Assembly: GCA_017465945.1 (NCBI GenBank)
Contig: JAFTVD010000008.1
Location: 14,091 to 78,090 of the forward strand
Direction of reading: 5' to 3'
DNA from: Alphaproteobacteria bacterium
GTDB lineage: Bacteria > Pseudomonadota > Alphaproteobacteria > RF32 > CAG-239
Length of the DNA: 64,000 bases
Part shown: in pieces, positions 9,598 through 19,199 of the stretch
How the letters are laid out: every line of letters begins with the position of its first letter
Position numbering within the stretch: the stretch's first letter is position 1
Made by a program: the position numbers and the translations under genes
Notes under the pieces: generated by a model
What the model saw: the letters and a program-made list of their open reading frames with translations, nothing else
Database searches by the model: none
Told to the model about the DNA's origin: nothing

Positions 9598-10950
9598 ATG
9601 CATTTAAGGTCATTATCAAGAATATTATTTATCTGCTCTTTTTTTGTGGCAAATAGCAGTTTTGCAGGAGAAAAGCTCAGAGTATATGAGGCAAATGCTC
9701 CAAAAAATTGTTTAGATAAAAATATTGTCTCAAAACAAAAGGTATCGCTAATAGATTTAATTAAAATAGGAATTTGTAATAATCCAAGCTTAAACGCTGA
9801 TTATATGTCTTATCTTGAAAATAAAGAAAATTTATCTTCTGCAAAATCAGAGTATTTTCCTGATATAAACTTAAATGCAGGATTAAACAAAACTCATTCC
9901 AAAAACCAAGGAAACTATAGTAAAGAAACAGATCCATATAACCTAAATTTAGGTTTATCACTAATGTTATATGATTTTGGAGGACGTAGCGCAAGAATAG
10001 ATGGTTTCAAATCATATTTAGCAAGTTCTGGTTTTAATTACAATAGAGCTCTACAAGATTTAATTTTATCAATACATACTGCATATTTCAAACTATTGGG
10101 TGCAAAAGAAGACTTAACAAGTGCAAAAGCAAATGAAGCAATGTATAAAAAATCTTATGATGAAGCAAAAAGAAAATATGATGTAGGACTAGTTGCTCTT
10201 AATGATAAATTACAAACACAAACTAGCTATGAGCAATCAAAGTTAAAAGTAATAGAAACAGAAAATGCTGTAAAACAATATGAGGGAGATTTAGCAATAA
10301 TATTAAATTTACCTCCGTCAACAACTTTTAAATTAAAAGAACCACCTAAAGATAGAGATTTAACAGCATTAAACAAAAAAGATACTTTAGAAAAAATGAT
10401 AGAGCACGCTTCAAAAGAAAGATTTGAAGTAAAAGCACAAGAAGAAAGCATAAATCAGGCAAATCTTAGTTTACAAGAACTACGTTCATCTCGTTATGGT
10501 ACTATCTCGCTTTCTGCAGAAAGTGGTTATAATAATTCTTGGAATAGCAATTATTCATATAAAAAAGACAGTCAAATAGGTCTAAACTATCGTTTGCCTT
10601 TATTTACAGGATTTGAAACAACCCACAAAATAAAGGCAACTAAATTAAAAAGAGATAAAGAACGTCTAATGTTAGATGATGTAAAAAATAAAATAAAAAA
10701 TGAAGTTTGGAGTGCATATCATGACTACCAAACATCTCTAAAATCATACGAAGTAAGTAAAAAATTGTTAAAAAGTGCTGAAGAAAATGAAAAAGTAGCA
10801 TTTAAATCCTATGAAATAGGCAAAACAGATATTATAAATCTACTAACAGCAGAATCTCAATTAGCAGATGCAAGAGATACATTAGTAAACGCTTTTTATA
10901 CAGTATTAATAAATAAATCAACCTTATATCGTTCAATCGGGAGGTTTTAA
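9598..10950 (+). CDS. TolC-family outer membrane efflux protein
   Basis: 450 aa: signal peptide (FVANSSFAGE) and two OEP repeats with the typical LSLIDLIKIGICNNPSL opening. First gene of a 4-gene efflux operon. Confidence 0.8.
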   Translation: MHLRSLSRILFICSFFVANSSFAGEKLRVYEANAPKNCLDKNIVSKQKVSLIDLIKIGICNNPSLNADYMSYLENKENLSSAKSEYFPDINLNAGLNKTHSKNQGNYSKETDPYNLNLGLSLMLYDFGGRSARIDGFKSYLASSGFNYNRALQDLILSIHTAYFKLLGAKEDLTSAKANEAMYKKSYDEAKRKYDVGLVALNDKLQTQTSYEQSKLKVIETENAVKQYEGDLAIILNLPPSTTFKLKEPPKDRDLTALNKKDTLEKMIEHASKERFEVKAQEESINQANLSLQELRSSRYGTISLSAESGYNNSWNSNYSYKKDSQIGLNYRLPLFTGFETTHKIKATKLKRDKERLMLDDVKNKIKNEVWSAYHDYQTSLKSYEVSKKLLKSAEENEKVAFKSYEIGKTDIINLLTAESQLADARDTLVNAFYTVLINKSTLYRSIGRF

Positions 10951-12065
10951 TGTTAAGAAAAAAATATATAATCATTGCAATAATTATTATTTTATCAGCA
11001 GTAATTGCATATAAAAACTTTAATAAAGCAACATTAAGTGCTAATAATTTTGAATTAAGTAAAGTCAAAAAAGGAAATCTAGCCTATGAGGTTACAGCCA
11101 CAGGTACTATAAATCCAATAAATACAGTAACTGTTGGAACACAAGTTTCAGGTATTGTAGAAACGGTTTTAGCTGATTATAATGATGATGTTAAACAAGG
11201 ACAAGTTTTAGCTTTATTAGATTCATCAACCCTAAAAGAGCACATGGAAAAATCTTACGCAAGTTATGAATTAGCTCTTGCAAAAGAAAGTAAAGCAAAA
11301 TTAAATTATGAGCGTATCAAAAAACTATATACAGACAAATTAACTTCTAAGGCATCATTAGAAGATGCAGAAATTGAATATAAAGAATCTTCTGCAAATG
11401 TATTAAATGCAAAGGCAGACTATAATATTTCAAAGAGAAATTTTGAATATGCCACAATAACATCCCCTGTTTCAGGAACAGTAATATCTAAAGAGATAGA
11501 ACAAGGTCAAACAGTTGCGGCATCTTTTTCAACTCCAACATTATTTACCGTTGCAGAAGATTTATCAAAAATGCAAATAGAAGCAAGCATCTCAGAAGCT
11601 GATATTGGTTATATTAAGCCTGAAATGAAAGCAATATTTACAGTAGACGCATATCCAAATGATAAATTTGATGGAATAATACGTCAGGTTCGCCTTTCTC
11701 CAACAGAAGAATCAAATGTTGTTATGTATACAGTAATCATTGAGATTGATAATTCTTCCCGTAAGCTTCTTCCAGGAATGACTGCATCTGTTGTCATAAA
11801 AGCAATGGAAGCATTAGATGTATTAACAATTCCTGCGATGGCTCTTCAGTATAAACCATCAAAAGCTATAAAAGATACAATGGAAATCAAAAAAATAGAA
11901 GATATAGGTGAAAATCAAGATATTGTTTATTTGTTTGAAAATAAAAAAGTTACTCCTCGTGTTATAACAAAAGGTTTGTCCGATATGACAAATATAGAAA
12001 TAAAAGAAGGATTATCCTTAGACGATAATGTTATAATCGAGGCAATAGAGCCAAGGAAAAGATAA
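10950..12065 (+). CDS. Periplasmic adaptor (HlyD/MacA family)
   Basis: 371 aa: N-terminal TM anchor, lipoyl/coiled-coil/beta-barrel pattern (VTVGTQVSGIVETV.., ITSPVSGTVISKEIEQGQTV). ATGA-type overlap with tolC-like stop at 10950. Confidence 0.8.
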   Translation: MLRKKYIIIAIIIILSAVIAYKNFNKATLSANNFELSKVKKGNLAYEVTATGTINPINTVTVGTQVSGIVETVLADYNDDVKQGQVLALLDSSTLKEHMEKSYASYELALAKESKAKLNYERIKKLYTDKLTSKASLEDAEIEYKESSANVLNAKADYNISKRNFEYATITSPVSGTVISKEIEQGQTVAASFSTPTLFTVAEDLSKMQIEASISEADIGYIKPEMKAIFTVDAYPNDKFDGIIRQVRLSPTEESNVVMYTVIIEIDNSSRKLLPGMTASVVIKAMEALDVLTIPAMALQYKPSKAIKDTMEIKKIEDIGENQDIVYLFENKKVTPRVITKGLSDMTNIEIKEGLSLDDNVIIEAIEPRKR

Positions 12066-12790
12066 TGAGAAAAACTCCAGTCATAGAAGTAAAAAACTTA
12101 TATAAAACCTACTTTATGGAGGGAGGTAATAGCCAGTTAGTCTTAAAAAATATCAATTTTAAGATTAACGAAGGGGAGTTTGTTGCCATAATGGGACCAT
12201 CGGGTTCTGGTAAATCTACCTTAATGAATATTCTTGGATGTTTAGACAAACCAACAAAGGGTTCATATGTACTAGATGGTTATGATATTGAAAATAAAAA
12301 TGATATAGAACTTGCGAAAATTCGAGGTCAAAAGATAGGCTTTGTATTTCAAAATTTTAATTTAATGATGAAACGCACAATAGCAGATAATGTATCGCTT
12401 CCTCTTGTTTACCAAAATATAAAAGAAAAAGAGCGCTATAAACGAGCTCTCCAAATGCTAAAAAAAGTTGGTCTATTAGGATATCAGAAACGTCCACCTT
12501 CACAAATTTCAGGAGGTATGCAACAGCGAGTTGCCATAGCTAGAGCTCTTGTTAATAATCCATCCATAATTTTTGCAGATGAACCAACAGGTAACTTAGA
12601 TAGCAAAACATCAGATGAAATAATGGAATTATTTACCGAGCTAAATAAACAAGGTATAACTATCGTTTTAGTAACACACGAAGATGACGTTGCTAACTAT
12701 GCAACCCGAATGATAAAAATAAGCGATGGTTGCAAAGTTTATGATGGCTTAAGAAAAGATTATAGTAAAGAAAAGGAAACCAAATGTTAA
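12065..12790 (+). CDS. MacB/LolD-type ABC transporter ATP-binding protein
   Basis: Walker [10 protein letters not shown], signature [15 protein letters not shown], Walker [13 protein letters not shown]. Confidence 0.9.
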   Translation: MRKTPVIEVKNLYKTYFMEGGNSQLVLKNINFKINEGEFVAIMGPSGSGKSTLMNILGCLDKPTKGSYVLDGYDIENKNDIELAKIRGQKIGFVFQNFNLMMKRTIADNVSLPLVYQNIKEKERYKRALQMLKKVGLLGYQKRPPSQISGGMQQRVAIARALVNNPSIIFADEPTGNLDSKTSDEIMELFTELNKQGITIVLVTHEDDVANYATRMIKISDGCKVYDGLRKDYSKEKETKC

Positions 12791-14001
12791 AAGCAATCTT
12801 AAAAGAAGCATGGATTTCTATCACATCATATAAGTTAAGAACTTTTCTTACAATGCTTGGTATATTAATAGGTGTTGCAGCGGTGGTGATGATGGTATCA
12901 GCAGGACAAGCCGTGCAATTACACATAACAAAATCTTTTTCATCAATGGGTAGTAATCGAATATTTATAAGCCCTGCCGAGCTTGTAACAGGTGGTGTAA
13001 GAGGGGCAAGAGGTCTACCCAGTGTTACCGTAGATGATGTAAAAGCCCTAAAAGAATTAAAAGGTGTAAAAGCAGCATCATATGAAGGAAGAACAGCTGT
13101 ACAAGTAGTATATGGTTCAAATAACTACGGAACATCTGTATATGGTACAAATCCAGATATTTTAGAAGTAAATAATTCTGAAATAGAAGATGGCGTTATG
13201 TTTACCCAAAAAGATGTTAAAAGTGCTCGTCCATATGCTGTTATTGGGCAAACAATGGTAAACGAGCTTTTTGGTCTTCAAAATCCAATAGGCAAAACCA
13301 TTCGTCTAAAAGGTCAACCATTCAAAGTAATAGGAACAGTAAAAGAGCAGGGTGATGGTTTATTTGGTAATGATATGGATAATTTTATCTATATTCCCTA
13401 TACCACACTTCGCCAACGTTTAGCAGGTTCAGACAGACCACAATATGTAAATATGGCTTATGTTGTAGCAAAATCAGAACAAGAAATAGATGCTGTTTCT
13501 AAAAGAATAGAATATTTACTTCGAGCTCGTCATCGCTTAAAAGAAGGGGAAAAGAATGACTTTCAAATTCGCCCCATGACAGATTTTATAAATAAGGTAA
13601 GAAATGTTGGTTTTGTTTTATCAATGTTGCTTGCGGTAATTGCTTCAATTTCATTAATTGTCGGAAGTATCGGTATTATGAATATGATGCTAGTGTCCGT
13701 AACAGAACGTACTCGTGAAATAGGTACACGTAAAGCTCTTGGTGCTCCAAATAATTGGATAATGACACAGTTTTTAGCAGAATCTATATTAATCTCTTTT
13801 ATTGGTAGTTTTATCGGTATGATACTTGGAATAATAATATCGCAACTTGCAGGAACTATTTTAGGCTATGAAGTTCCAATTTCAATATGGGCAGTTGTTG
13901 TATCAGTTAGTGTAGCAATAATTGTAGGTATTGTTTCAGGCCTTATGCCAGCCTTAAAAGCAATGCGATTAAATCCAATAGATGCTCTTCGTTATCAATA
14001 A
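12784..14001 (+). CDS. MacB-type ABC permease (MacB periplasmic domain + FtsX domain)
   Basis: 405 aa. The N-terminal TM helix is followed by a large periplasmic domain and three C-terminal TM helices, ending in the typical LMPALKAMRLNPIDALRYQ. 7-nt overlap with the ATPase gene. Confidence 0.85.
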   Translation: MLKAILKEAWISITSYKLRTFLTMLGILIGVAAVVMMVSAGQAVQLHITKSFSSMGSNRIFISPAELVTGGVRGARGLPSVTVDDVKALKELKGVKAASYEGRTAVQVVYGSNNYGTSVYGTNPDILEVNNSEIEDGVMFTQKDVKSARPYAVIGQTMVNELFGLQNPIGKTIRLKGQPFKVIGTVKEQGDGLFGNDMDNFIYIPYTTLRQRLAGSDRPQYVNMAYVVAKSEQEIDAVSKRIEYLLRARHRLKEGEKNDFQIRPMTDFINKVRNVGFVLSMLLAVIASISLIVGSIGIMNMMLVSVTERTREIGTRKALGAPNNWIMTQFLAESILISFIGSFIGMILGIIISQLAGTILGYEVPISIWAVVVSVSVAIIVGIVSGLMPALKAMRLNPIDALRYQ

Positions 14002-14007
14002 TAAAAA

Positions 14008-14028
14008 AAGCCCGAGATTTTCGGGCTT
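14008..14028. terminator. Bidirectional hairpin terminator between the convergent permease gene and gltX
   Basis: AAGCCCGA (14008..14015) / TCGGGCTT (14021..14028), with an A-run upstream and a T-rich tract downstream. Confidence 0.75.
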
Positions 14029-14052
14029 AAATTTTAAGAATAAAAAAAGATT

Positions 14053-15375
14053 TTATGCTTTTTCACCTCTTAATCTTTTATATGCTTTATCATATCCAAT
14101 AAGAGGTAGTAAAGTCTTGAGTTCAGGACCATTAGCCTCTGCAGTTAAAGCCATACGAATAGGGTGGAAAAGCTCTTTTCCTTTTCTTCCTGTTTTTTCT
14201 TTAATCTCATTCATCCAATTACCAAAAGTATTTTCATCAAATGATGCGTTTGGCAACATTTCAGATGCAACAATCGTAAAGTCTTTATCTTCCATAATAG
14301 GTTCAATTTCTTTATTGCAAATATTATTCCAAATAAGTACGTCTTTTGCAATTACAAGATTACCTTTAACTTTTTCCCAAAATTCTTTAGATACCCCAAA
14401 GTTATCTTTTAATGCTTCATAAGGCATTCCATGAATAAGCTTTGCATTAAATTTCTTTAATTCTTCATCATCAAATTTTGGTTGTGAACGACCAATTTTA
14501 TTAAAGTCAAGAGTTTCAGCCAATTCTTCTAAACTATAAAAAGGTCTAATATCTTCAGATGTACCAAGTTTTGCTAAAAATGAAGAAATAGCCATGGCTT
14601 CAACACCATCTTCTCTTAATTCTCTAATACCAAGACTACCCAAACGTTTTGAAAGTTTTCCTTCTTTACCAGTAAGTAGTGGTAGGTGTGCAAATGTAGG
14701 AACTCTGCCCCCTAATGCTTCAAACATTTGAATTTGAGCTGCAGTATTTGTAACATGGTCTTCACCTCTAACAATATGAGTGATTTGAAAATCAACATCA
14801 TCAATGACACTAGGTAAATGATACAAATAACTACCATCTTCTCTAATAATGATAGGATCAGAAAGTTTCGTTGCATCATATTTGCATGTTCCTCTAACTT
14901 CGTCTTCCCATACAATATCAGTATCAATTAATTTGAAACGATAGTGAGGTTTTCTTCCCTCTGTTTCAAATTTTTTAATATCATCTGGAGTATATTTAAG
15001 AGCTTGCCTATCATAAATAGGAGGAAGTCCTTTAGCCATTAAACGTTTGCGCTTAAACTCCAATTCTTCAGGAGTGTCATAACAAGCATAGATTCTACCA
15101 TCTTTTTTAAGCTGTTCAACAACCTCATCATAACGTTTAACTCTTGCTGATTGGCGAGCTTCTTCATCCCAATTAATACCAAGCCATTTAAGTGCATCAT
15201 AAATACCATCTTCATATTCTTTTTTAGAACGAGCTACATCAGTATCGTCGATTCGAAGTAACATAGTTCCTTCCATCTTTTTAGTCCAAAGATAGTTAAA
15301 CAATGCTGTTCTAACATTACCAATATGAATCCATCCTGTAGGACTTGGTGCAAATCTAACTTTTATATTTGTCAT
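14053..15375 (-). CDS. gltX: Glutamyl-tRNA synthetase
   Basis: Start trimmed to MTNIKVRFAPSPTGWIHIGNVRTAL (HIGH-class motif). KLSKR (KMSKS-class) is present. The ORF-track N-terminal extension of 15 aa is rejected. Confidence 0.92.
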   Translation of the reverse strand: MTNIKVRFAPSPTGWIHIGNVRTALFNYLWTKKMEGTMLLRIDDTDVARSKKEYEDGIYDALKWLGINWDEEARQSARVKRYDEVVEQLKKDGRIYACYDTPEELEFKRKRLMAKGLPPIYDRQALKYTPDDIKKFETEGRKPHYRFKLIDTDIVWEDEVRGTCKYDATKLSDPIIIREDGSYLYHLPSVIDDVDFQITHIVRGEDHVTNTAAQIQMFEALGGRVPTFAHLPLLTGKEGKLSKRLGSLGIRELREDGVEAMAISSFLAKLGTSEDIRPFYSLEELAETLDFNKIGRSQPKFDDEELKKFNAKLIHGMPYEALKDNFGVSKEFWEKVKGNLVIAKDVLIWNNICNKEIEPIMEDKDFTIVASEMLPNASFDENTFGNWMNEIKEKTGRKGKELFHPIRMALTAEANGPELKTLLPLIGYDKAYKRLRGEKA

Positions 15376-15584
15376 TATTTTATACCTCAAAATATACCAT
15401 TTATCGCCGATAATACTCATATTTTTTATAATTTCAATAACAAATTAATTTGGTCACTAAAAGAAGTAATTGTTTTAAGATAAATTCAACTTTTTTGTGC
15501 TTTAATTTTTTTTCACTTGCAATTAGGTTTTATTGATATTAAAACAAAACAAGAAAAAGAATTTTTTTATTAGGAGATAATAAG

Positions 15585-15824
15585 ATGCCTTCAGTAGTAA
15601 ATGGCGACTTGTGTATTAAATGTGGAACATGCGCTGGCGTATGCCCAGTGGAAGCATTTCACGTAGCAGATAATCAATATGTTGTTGACCCTGATACTTG
15701 TATTGATTGTGGTGTTTGTATTTCTGAATGTCCACAATCTGCAATTACATCTGATGATGAAGCAGAAGAAAAGTGGGTTACAACTAATGCCGAATTAGCA
15801 AAAACAGCTCCAAGTGCTTACTAA
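15585..15824 (+). CDS. 2x[4Fe-4S] ferredoxin
   Basis: 79 aa with two CxxCxxCxxxCP motifs (CIKCGTCAGVCP, CIDCGVCISECP). AGGAGA RBS upstream. Confidence 0.9.
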   Translation: MPSVVNGDLCIKCGTCAGVCPVEAFHVADNQYVVDPDTCIDCGVCISECPQSAITSDDEAEEKWVTTNAELAKTAPSAY

Positions 15825-15841
15825 TATTAGGTGAAAAATCG

Positions 15842-15886
15842 CTAAAAGGCTTAAAAGGAAGTTTTCCCTTTTAGGTCTTTTTATTT
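15842..15886 (+). terminator. Probable terminator after the ferredoxin gene
   Basis: CTAAAAGG ... CCTTTTAG pairing (an alternative inner AAAAGG/CCTTTT hairpin is possible), followed by TCTTTTTATTT. Confidence 0.45.
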
Positions 15887-15897
15887 AGGAAAAAAAT

Positions 15898-16638
15898 ATG
15901 CAACCATATACAAATGACTATCTATTAGATAAAAAAGTAAAAATATTTCAACCTCAAGACGGGTATAGAGCCTCAACAGATGCAGTTTTTTTATCTTCAT
16001 TGTTAGATGAAAAAAAAGTAAAACAAAATGCGAAAATTCTTGATGTTGGCTCCGGAACAGGTGCTATATCACTTTGCCTTGCATCACGATTGAAAGATAA
16101 AAATGTAGAGATTTTAGGAATAGATATTCAAAATGATTTGGTTGAACTTTCAAATTTTAGCTCTCAAGAAAATGGTTTTGCTTCATTTTTAAAATATCAG
16201 AATATAGATATAAGAGATAAATTGGCAATTAAAGGTGGAAAATTTGACTTTGTGATAACTAATCCCCCATATAGTGATCATGATATGCCATCACCAAATA
16301 AAAGTAAAAAAATAGCCCATAATCATCAAGACTTTGACTTAACCGGTTGGATATCGTTTTGTTTAAGAATGTTAAAGCCTAAAGGCGTTATTTTGCTTAT
16401 AAATAGGGCAGAAGCTATAAATGAAATCATAAATGCTATGCAAAATAAAGCAGGTAATATTCAAATTTTGCCAATATATTCTAAATTAGGGCAAGACGCT
16501 AAACGTGTTGCTGTTATTGCAGAAAAGACATCAAAAGCCATAACAAAAATTTTGCCTCCATTTTATATACATAATGAAGATAGTTCTTATACAGATAAGG
16601 CCAAAGCTATTCTTAGACGGGGAAAGGGATATTTTTAA
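15898..16638 (+). CDS. N6-adenine-type small-domain methyltransferase, tRNA1(Val) m6A37 (YfiC/TrmN6)-like
   Basis: 246 aa: SAM motif ILDVGSGTGAISL and catalytic ITNPPYSD (NPPY). Confidence 0.7.
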   Translation: MQPYTNDYLLDKKVKIFQPQDGYRASTDAVFLSSLLDEKKVKQNAKILDVGSGTGAISLCLASRLKDKNVEILGIDIQNDLVELSNFSSQENGFASFLKYQNIDIRDKLAIKGGKFDFVITNPPYSDHDMPSPNKSKKIAHNHQDFDLTGWISFCLRMLKPKGVILLINRAEAINEIINAMQNKAGNIQILPIYSKLGQDAKRVAVIAEKTSKAITKILPPFYIHNEDSSYTDKAKAILRRGKGYF

Positions 16639-16712
16639 CCAATTAATATAGAACTTTACAATGCTATAATTTTGTGATATAGTGTGTCTAATGTTTTTGA
16701 TAAGGAAATAAA

Positions 16713-17279
16713 ATGAAAAATAAAATATTAGATATTACAACTCCCAAAGGACCAATAAAATGCTATAATATGTTAAGAGAAAAAGGCATTTCACCTGAAC
16801 TTTGCATTGAGATATTATCATCAACAAAAAACACTAAGGTAACAGAAGAATTATTAAAGGCAGTTGATAAAGAGGTTACATCTAATCCTCAAGAATATAC
16901 AAAATATAGAGAGATATTAGTTTTTATCATAAATAGAAAGCATTCTACCAATATTAATGATAAAGTTGCAAATATTGTAATAAACAGTACAAATATTGAT
17001 ACACCTGATAAGTTTGATAAAAAAATTATTACTTATTTAGGGCAAGAAAATTTATCTAAAGATATGAAAAAGAGAATGGATTTATTTGTAGAAGAATTTA
17101 TTAAAAAAAATCCAACACAAGTAGAAGATGTAGCAGAAGATATAGTAGATTATATTGCTGATAAAAAAGGAAGAGCTACAGCACGTGAAATCGTGGAAGA
17201 CTACGTGTTTCCAGAAATATCACCTAAAAATAAAAGAAATATATTTTCAAAATTATTAAATAAAATAAAAGCAAGATAA
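16713..17279 (+). CDS. Hypothetical soluble protein, no recognisable family
   Basis: 188-aa ORF with an RBS-like AAGGAAATAAAATG, its own downstream hairpin terminator, and no TM helix or signal peptide. Confidence 0.55.
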   Translation: MKNKILDITTPKGPIKCYNMLREKGISPELCIEILSSTKNTKVTEELLKAVDKEVTSNPQEYTKYREILVFIINRKHSTNINDKVANIVINSTNIDTPDKFDKKIITYLGQENLSKDMKKRMDLFVEEFIKKNPTQVEDVAEDIVDYIADKKGRATAREIVEDYVFPEISPKNKRNIFSKLLNKIKAR

Positions 17280-17283
17280 CAAT

Positions 17284-17311
17284 AAAAAAACCTCACTTTC
17301 GTGAGGTTTTT
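17284..17311. terminator. Bidirectional hairpin terminator
   Basis: A-run, CCTCAC (17291..17296) TTTC GTGAGG (17301..17306), T-run. Lies between convergent genes. Confidence 0.75.
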
Positions 17312-17328
17312 GCTTAAAGATGTAATTT

Positions 17329-17772
17329 TTAAGAATTAAGAATTGTATAAATTTCATCTACTGAATGAGCTTTACGTAATTTTTCACATACACCTTCTGT
17401 TTTTAATATACGAGAAAGTGAGGCAAGAGCTGTCAAGTGGTCTGCACCACTATTTTCAGGGCTGATTAGTAAAAATACCAAATCAACAGGTTTGCCATCA
17501 AGCGAATCAAAATCTACAGCTTCATCCAAACGTGCAAACATTGCAGAAACTTTTTCTAATCCTTCGATTCTAGCATGAGGAAAAGCAACTCCGTCACCAT
17601 AACCAGTAGAACCAAGATTTTCACGTTCCCAAACTGCGTCAAAAATTACCCTCTCATCCAATTTAGATGTATTTGCAATTTTTTTAGATAAAATTTGAAT
17701 TAATTCACGTTTGTTGCTTGCTTGAACATTATCAAGTACAGCATCTTTAGAAATTATATCTGCAATATTCAT
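17329..17772 (-). CDS. ptsN: Nitrogen-related PTS EIIA (PtsN)
   Basis: 147 aa: EIIA-2 fold with phosphorylation-site motif GDGVAFPHAR. Follows hpf, as in the conserved lptB-(rpoN)-hpf-ptsN cluster. Confidence 0.85.
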   Translation of the reverse strand: MNIADIISKDAVLDNVQASNKRELIQILSKKIANTSKLDERVIFDAVWERENLGSTGYGDGVAFPHARIEGLEKVSAMFARLDEAVDFDSLDGKPVDLVFLLISPENSGADHLTALASLSRILKTEGVCEKLRKAHSVDEIYTILNS

Positions 17773-17788
17773 AAGTTAAATCCTTAAA

Positions 17789-18355
17789 TTAGTTATCAGA
17801 CTTTGGTTCAACCCAACCGATGTTACCATCTTTACGGCGATAAACCATGCTGATATGGTTGTTTGCACTATTTCTAAACATCATAGCACATTCGTTACTT
17901 AAATCCATAAACATAACTGCTTCACTTACTGTGCATACAGGAATATTTGCATCTGTTTCAGCGATAGTCAATGGAGCATTTTCATTAACATCTACTTCTT
18001 CATCTTCTTCAACTAAAGGTAAAACAGCAGCATAAGCAAGTTCAGCTAAACCAACTTTGCTCTTATGAGCGCTAAGTTTTGTTTTGTGACGGCGTAAACG
18101 AGTAGCGATATGCTCGTTAGCATTGTCAAAAGCAGAATATGGATCAGAAGCTGAACCACTACCTTTTAAGACAATGTTTTTAGCAGGATGAACTGTAATT
18201 TCTGCGCCAAAATCTTCACCTTCCTTAGAGAAAGCAACAGAACAGCTAATTGGAGCGCTAAAATACTTCTCAACAGAAGTTGTCACAGCATCTTCTACAT
18301 GTCTACGTAATTTTTCACTAACATCTACTTGTTTTCCAGAAAATGTAACTTTCAT
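17789..18355 (-). CDS. hpf: Ribosome hibernation promoting factor, long form
   Basis: 188 aa: S30AE-type N-terminus (MKVTFSGKQVDVSEKLRRHVE) and a C-terminal dimerisation domain (PVCTVSEAVMFMD..MFRN..ISMVYRRKDGNIGWVEP). Confidence 0.85.
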   Translation of the reverse strand: MKVTFSGKQVDVSEKLRRHVEDAVTTSVEKYFSAPISCSVAFSKEGEDFGAEITVHPAKNIVLKGSGSASDPYSAFDNANEHIATRLRRHKTKLSAHKSKVGLAELAYAAVLPLVEEDEEVDVNENAPLTIAETDANIPVCTVSEAVMFMDLSNECAMMFRNSANNHISMVYRRKDGNIGWVEPKSDN

Positions 18356-18437
18356 CTCTTATCCCTTCATATATTTCTAATTTCTAATTAAATCTTACTC
18401 TAAAAATCTATAAAAAGTCAAATAAAAAAAGCCAACC

Positions 18438-19184
18438 TTATATTGAAAAATTATCTCCAAGATATACTTTTCTAACTTCTTCACTTGCAACAATTTCCTC
18501 AGGAGTTCCTTCCATTAATACAGCTCCACCATGTAATATATATGCTCTATCAATAATATCTAGGGTCTCCCTAACATTATGATCAGTAATTAAAACTCCA
18601 AGTCCTCTATTTTTTAATTGAGATACTAGTTCTCTAATTTCTCCAACAGCAATAGGGTCAATACCTGCTAATGGCTCATCAAGCAATATATAATTAGGTT
18701 GACCTGCTAAGGCTCTTGCTATTTCTAACCTTCTTCTTTCACCGCCAGATAGAGCAATAGATGGAGACTTTCTTAAATGAGCAATCGAAAAATCATTTAA
18801 TAATTCCTCAAGCATTTGCTCTCTTTTTTCTTTATCGTCAACAACTATCTCTAAAACCGCTTTTATGTTATCTTCAACGCTTAAATTTCTAAAAATTGAA
18901 GCCTCTTGTGGTAAATATCCGATTCCAAGTCTTGCTCTTTTATACATAGGCATATATGTTATATCTTGTCCGTCGATATGAACATCACCATAATCAGGGG
19001 TAATAAGACCTGTAACACAATAAAAACAAGTTGTTTTGCCGGCACCATTAGGGCCTAACAAACCAACTGCTTCTCCTCGTTTAACATTCAAAGAAACATT
19101 TCTCAATACACTACGATTTTTATATCTCTTACCAATATTAAAAACTTCTAATACAGAATCTTGAATATTCAAACCTGAAGTCAT
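18438..19184 (-). CDS. lptB: LPS export ABC transporter ATPase LptB
   Basis: Walker [10 protein letters not shown], signature LSGGERRRLEIARAL, Walker B ILLDEPLAGIDP. Locus context kdsD-lptC/A-lptB. Confidence 0.9.
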   Translation of the reverse strand: MTSGLNIQDSVLEVFNIGKRYKNRSVLRNVSLNVKRGEAVGLLGPNGAGKTTCFYCVTGLITPDYGDVHIDGQDITYMPMYKRARLGIGYLPQEASIFRNLSVEDNIKAVLEIVVDDKEKREQMLEELLNDFSIAHLRKSPSIALSGGERRRLEIARALAGQPNYILLDEPLAGIDPIAVGEIRELVSQLKNRGLGVLITDHNVRETLDIIDRAYILHGGAVLMEGTPEEIVASEEVRKVYLGDNFSI

Positions 19185-19199
19185 ATTAATTTGTCCCCA

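Noticed and set aside
9598-14001. TolC / HlyD / ABC ATPase / FtsX-permease operon considered as a candidate novel system.
   Set aside because: All four components show canonical MacAB-TolC-type motifs and coupling. It is an ordinary tripartite efflux pump.
13982-14422. 146-aa plus-strand ORF overlapping the 3' end of gltX.
   Set aside because: It is antisense to gltX and reads through the bidirectional terminator. No family features.
15376-15420. N-terminal extensions proposed by the ORF track for gltX. The same applies to holC (22055..22090), spoT (29671..29724), acpS (32326..32367), holA (48709..48750), the MlaC-like gene (52515..52553), pgk (56986..57030), gap (58075..58140), the ABC ATPase (39373..39393) and the GT4-like gene (8211..8237).
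   Set aside because: Internal ATGs coincide with conserved family N-termini and are usually preceded by purine-rich RBS-like sequence. The longest-ORF starts add non-conserved residues or rely on TTG.
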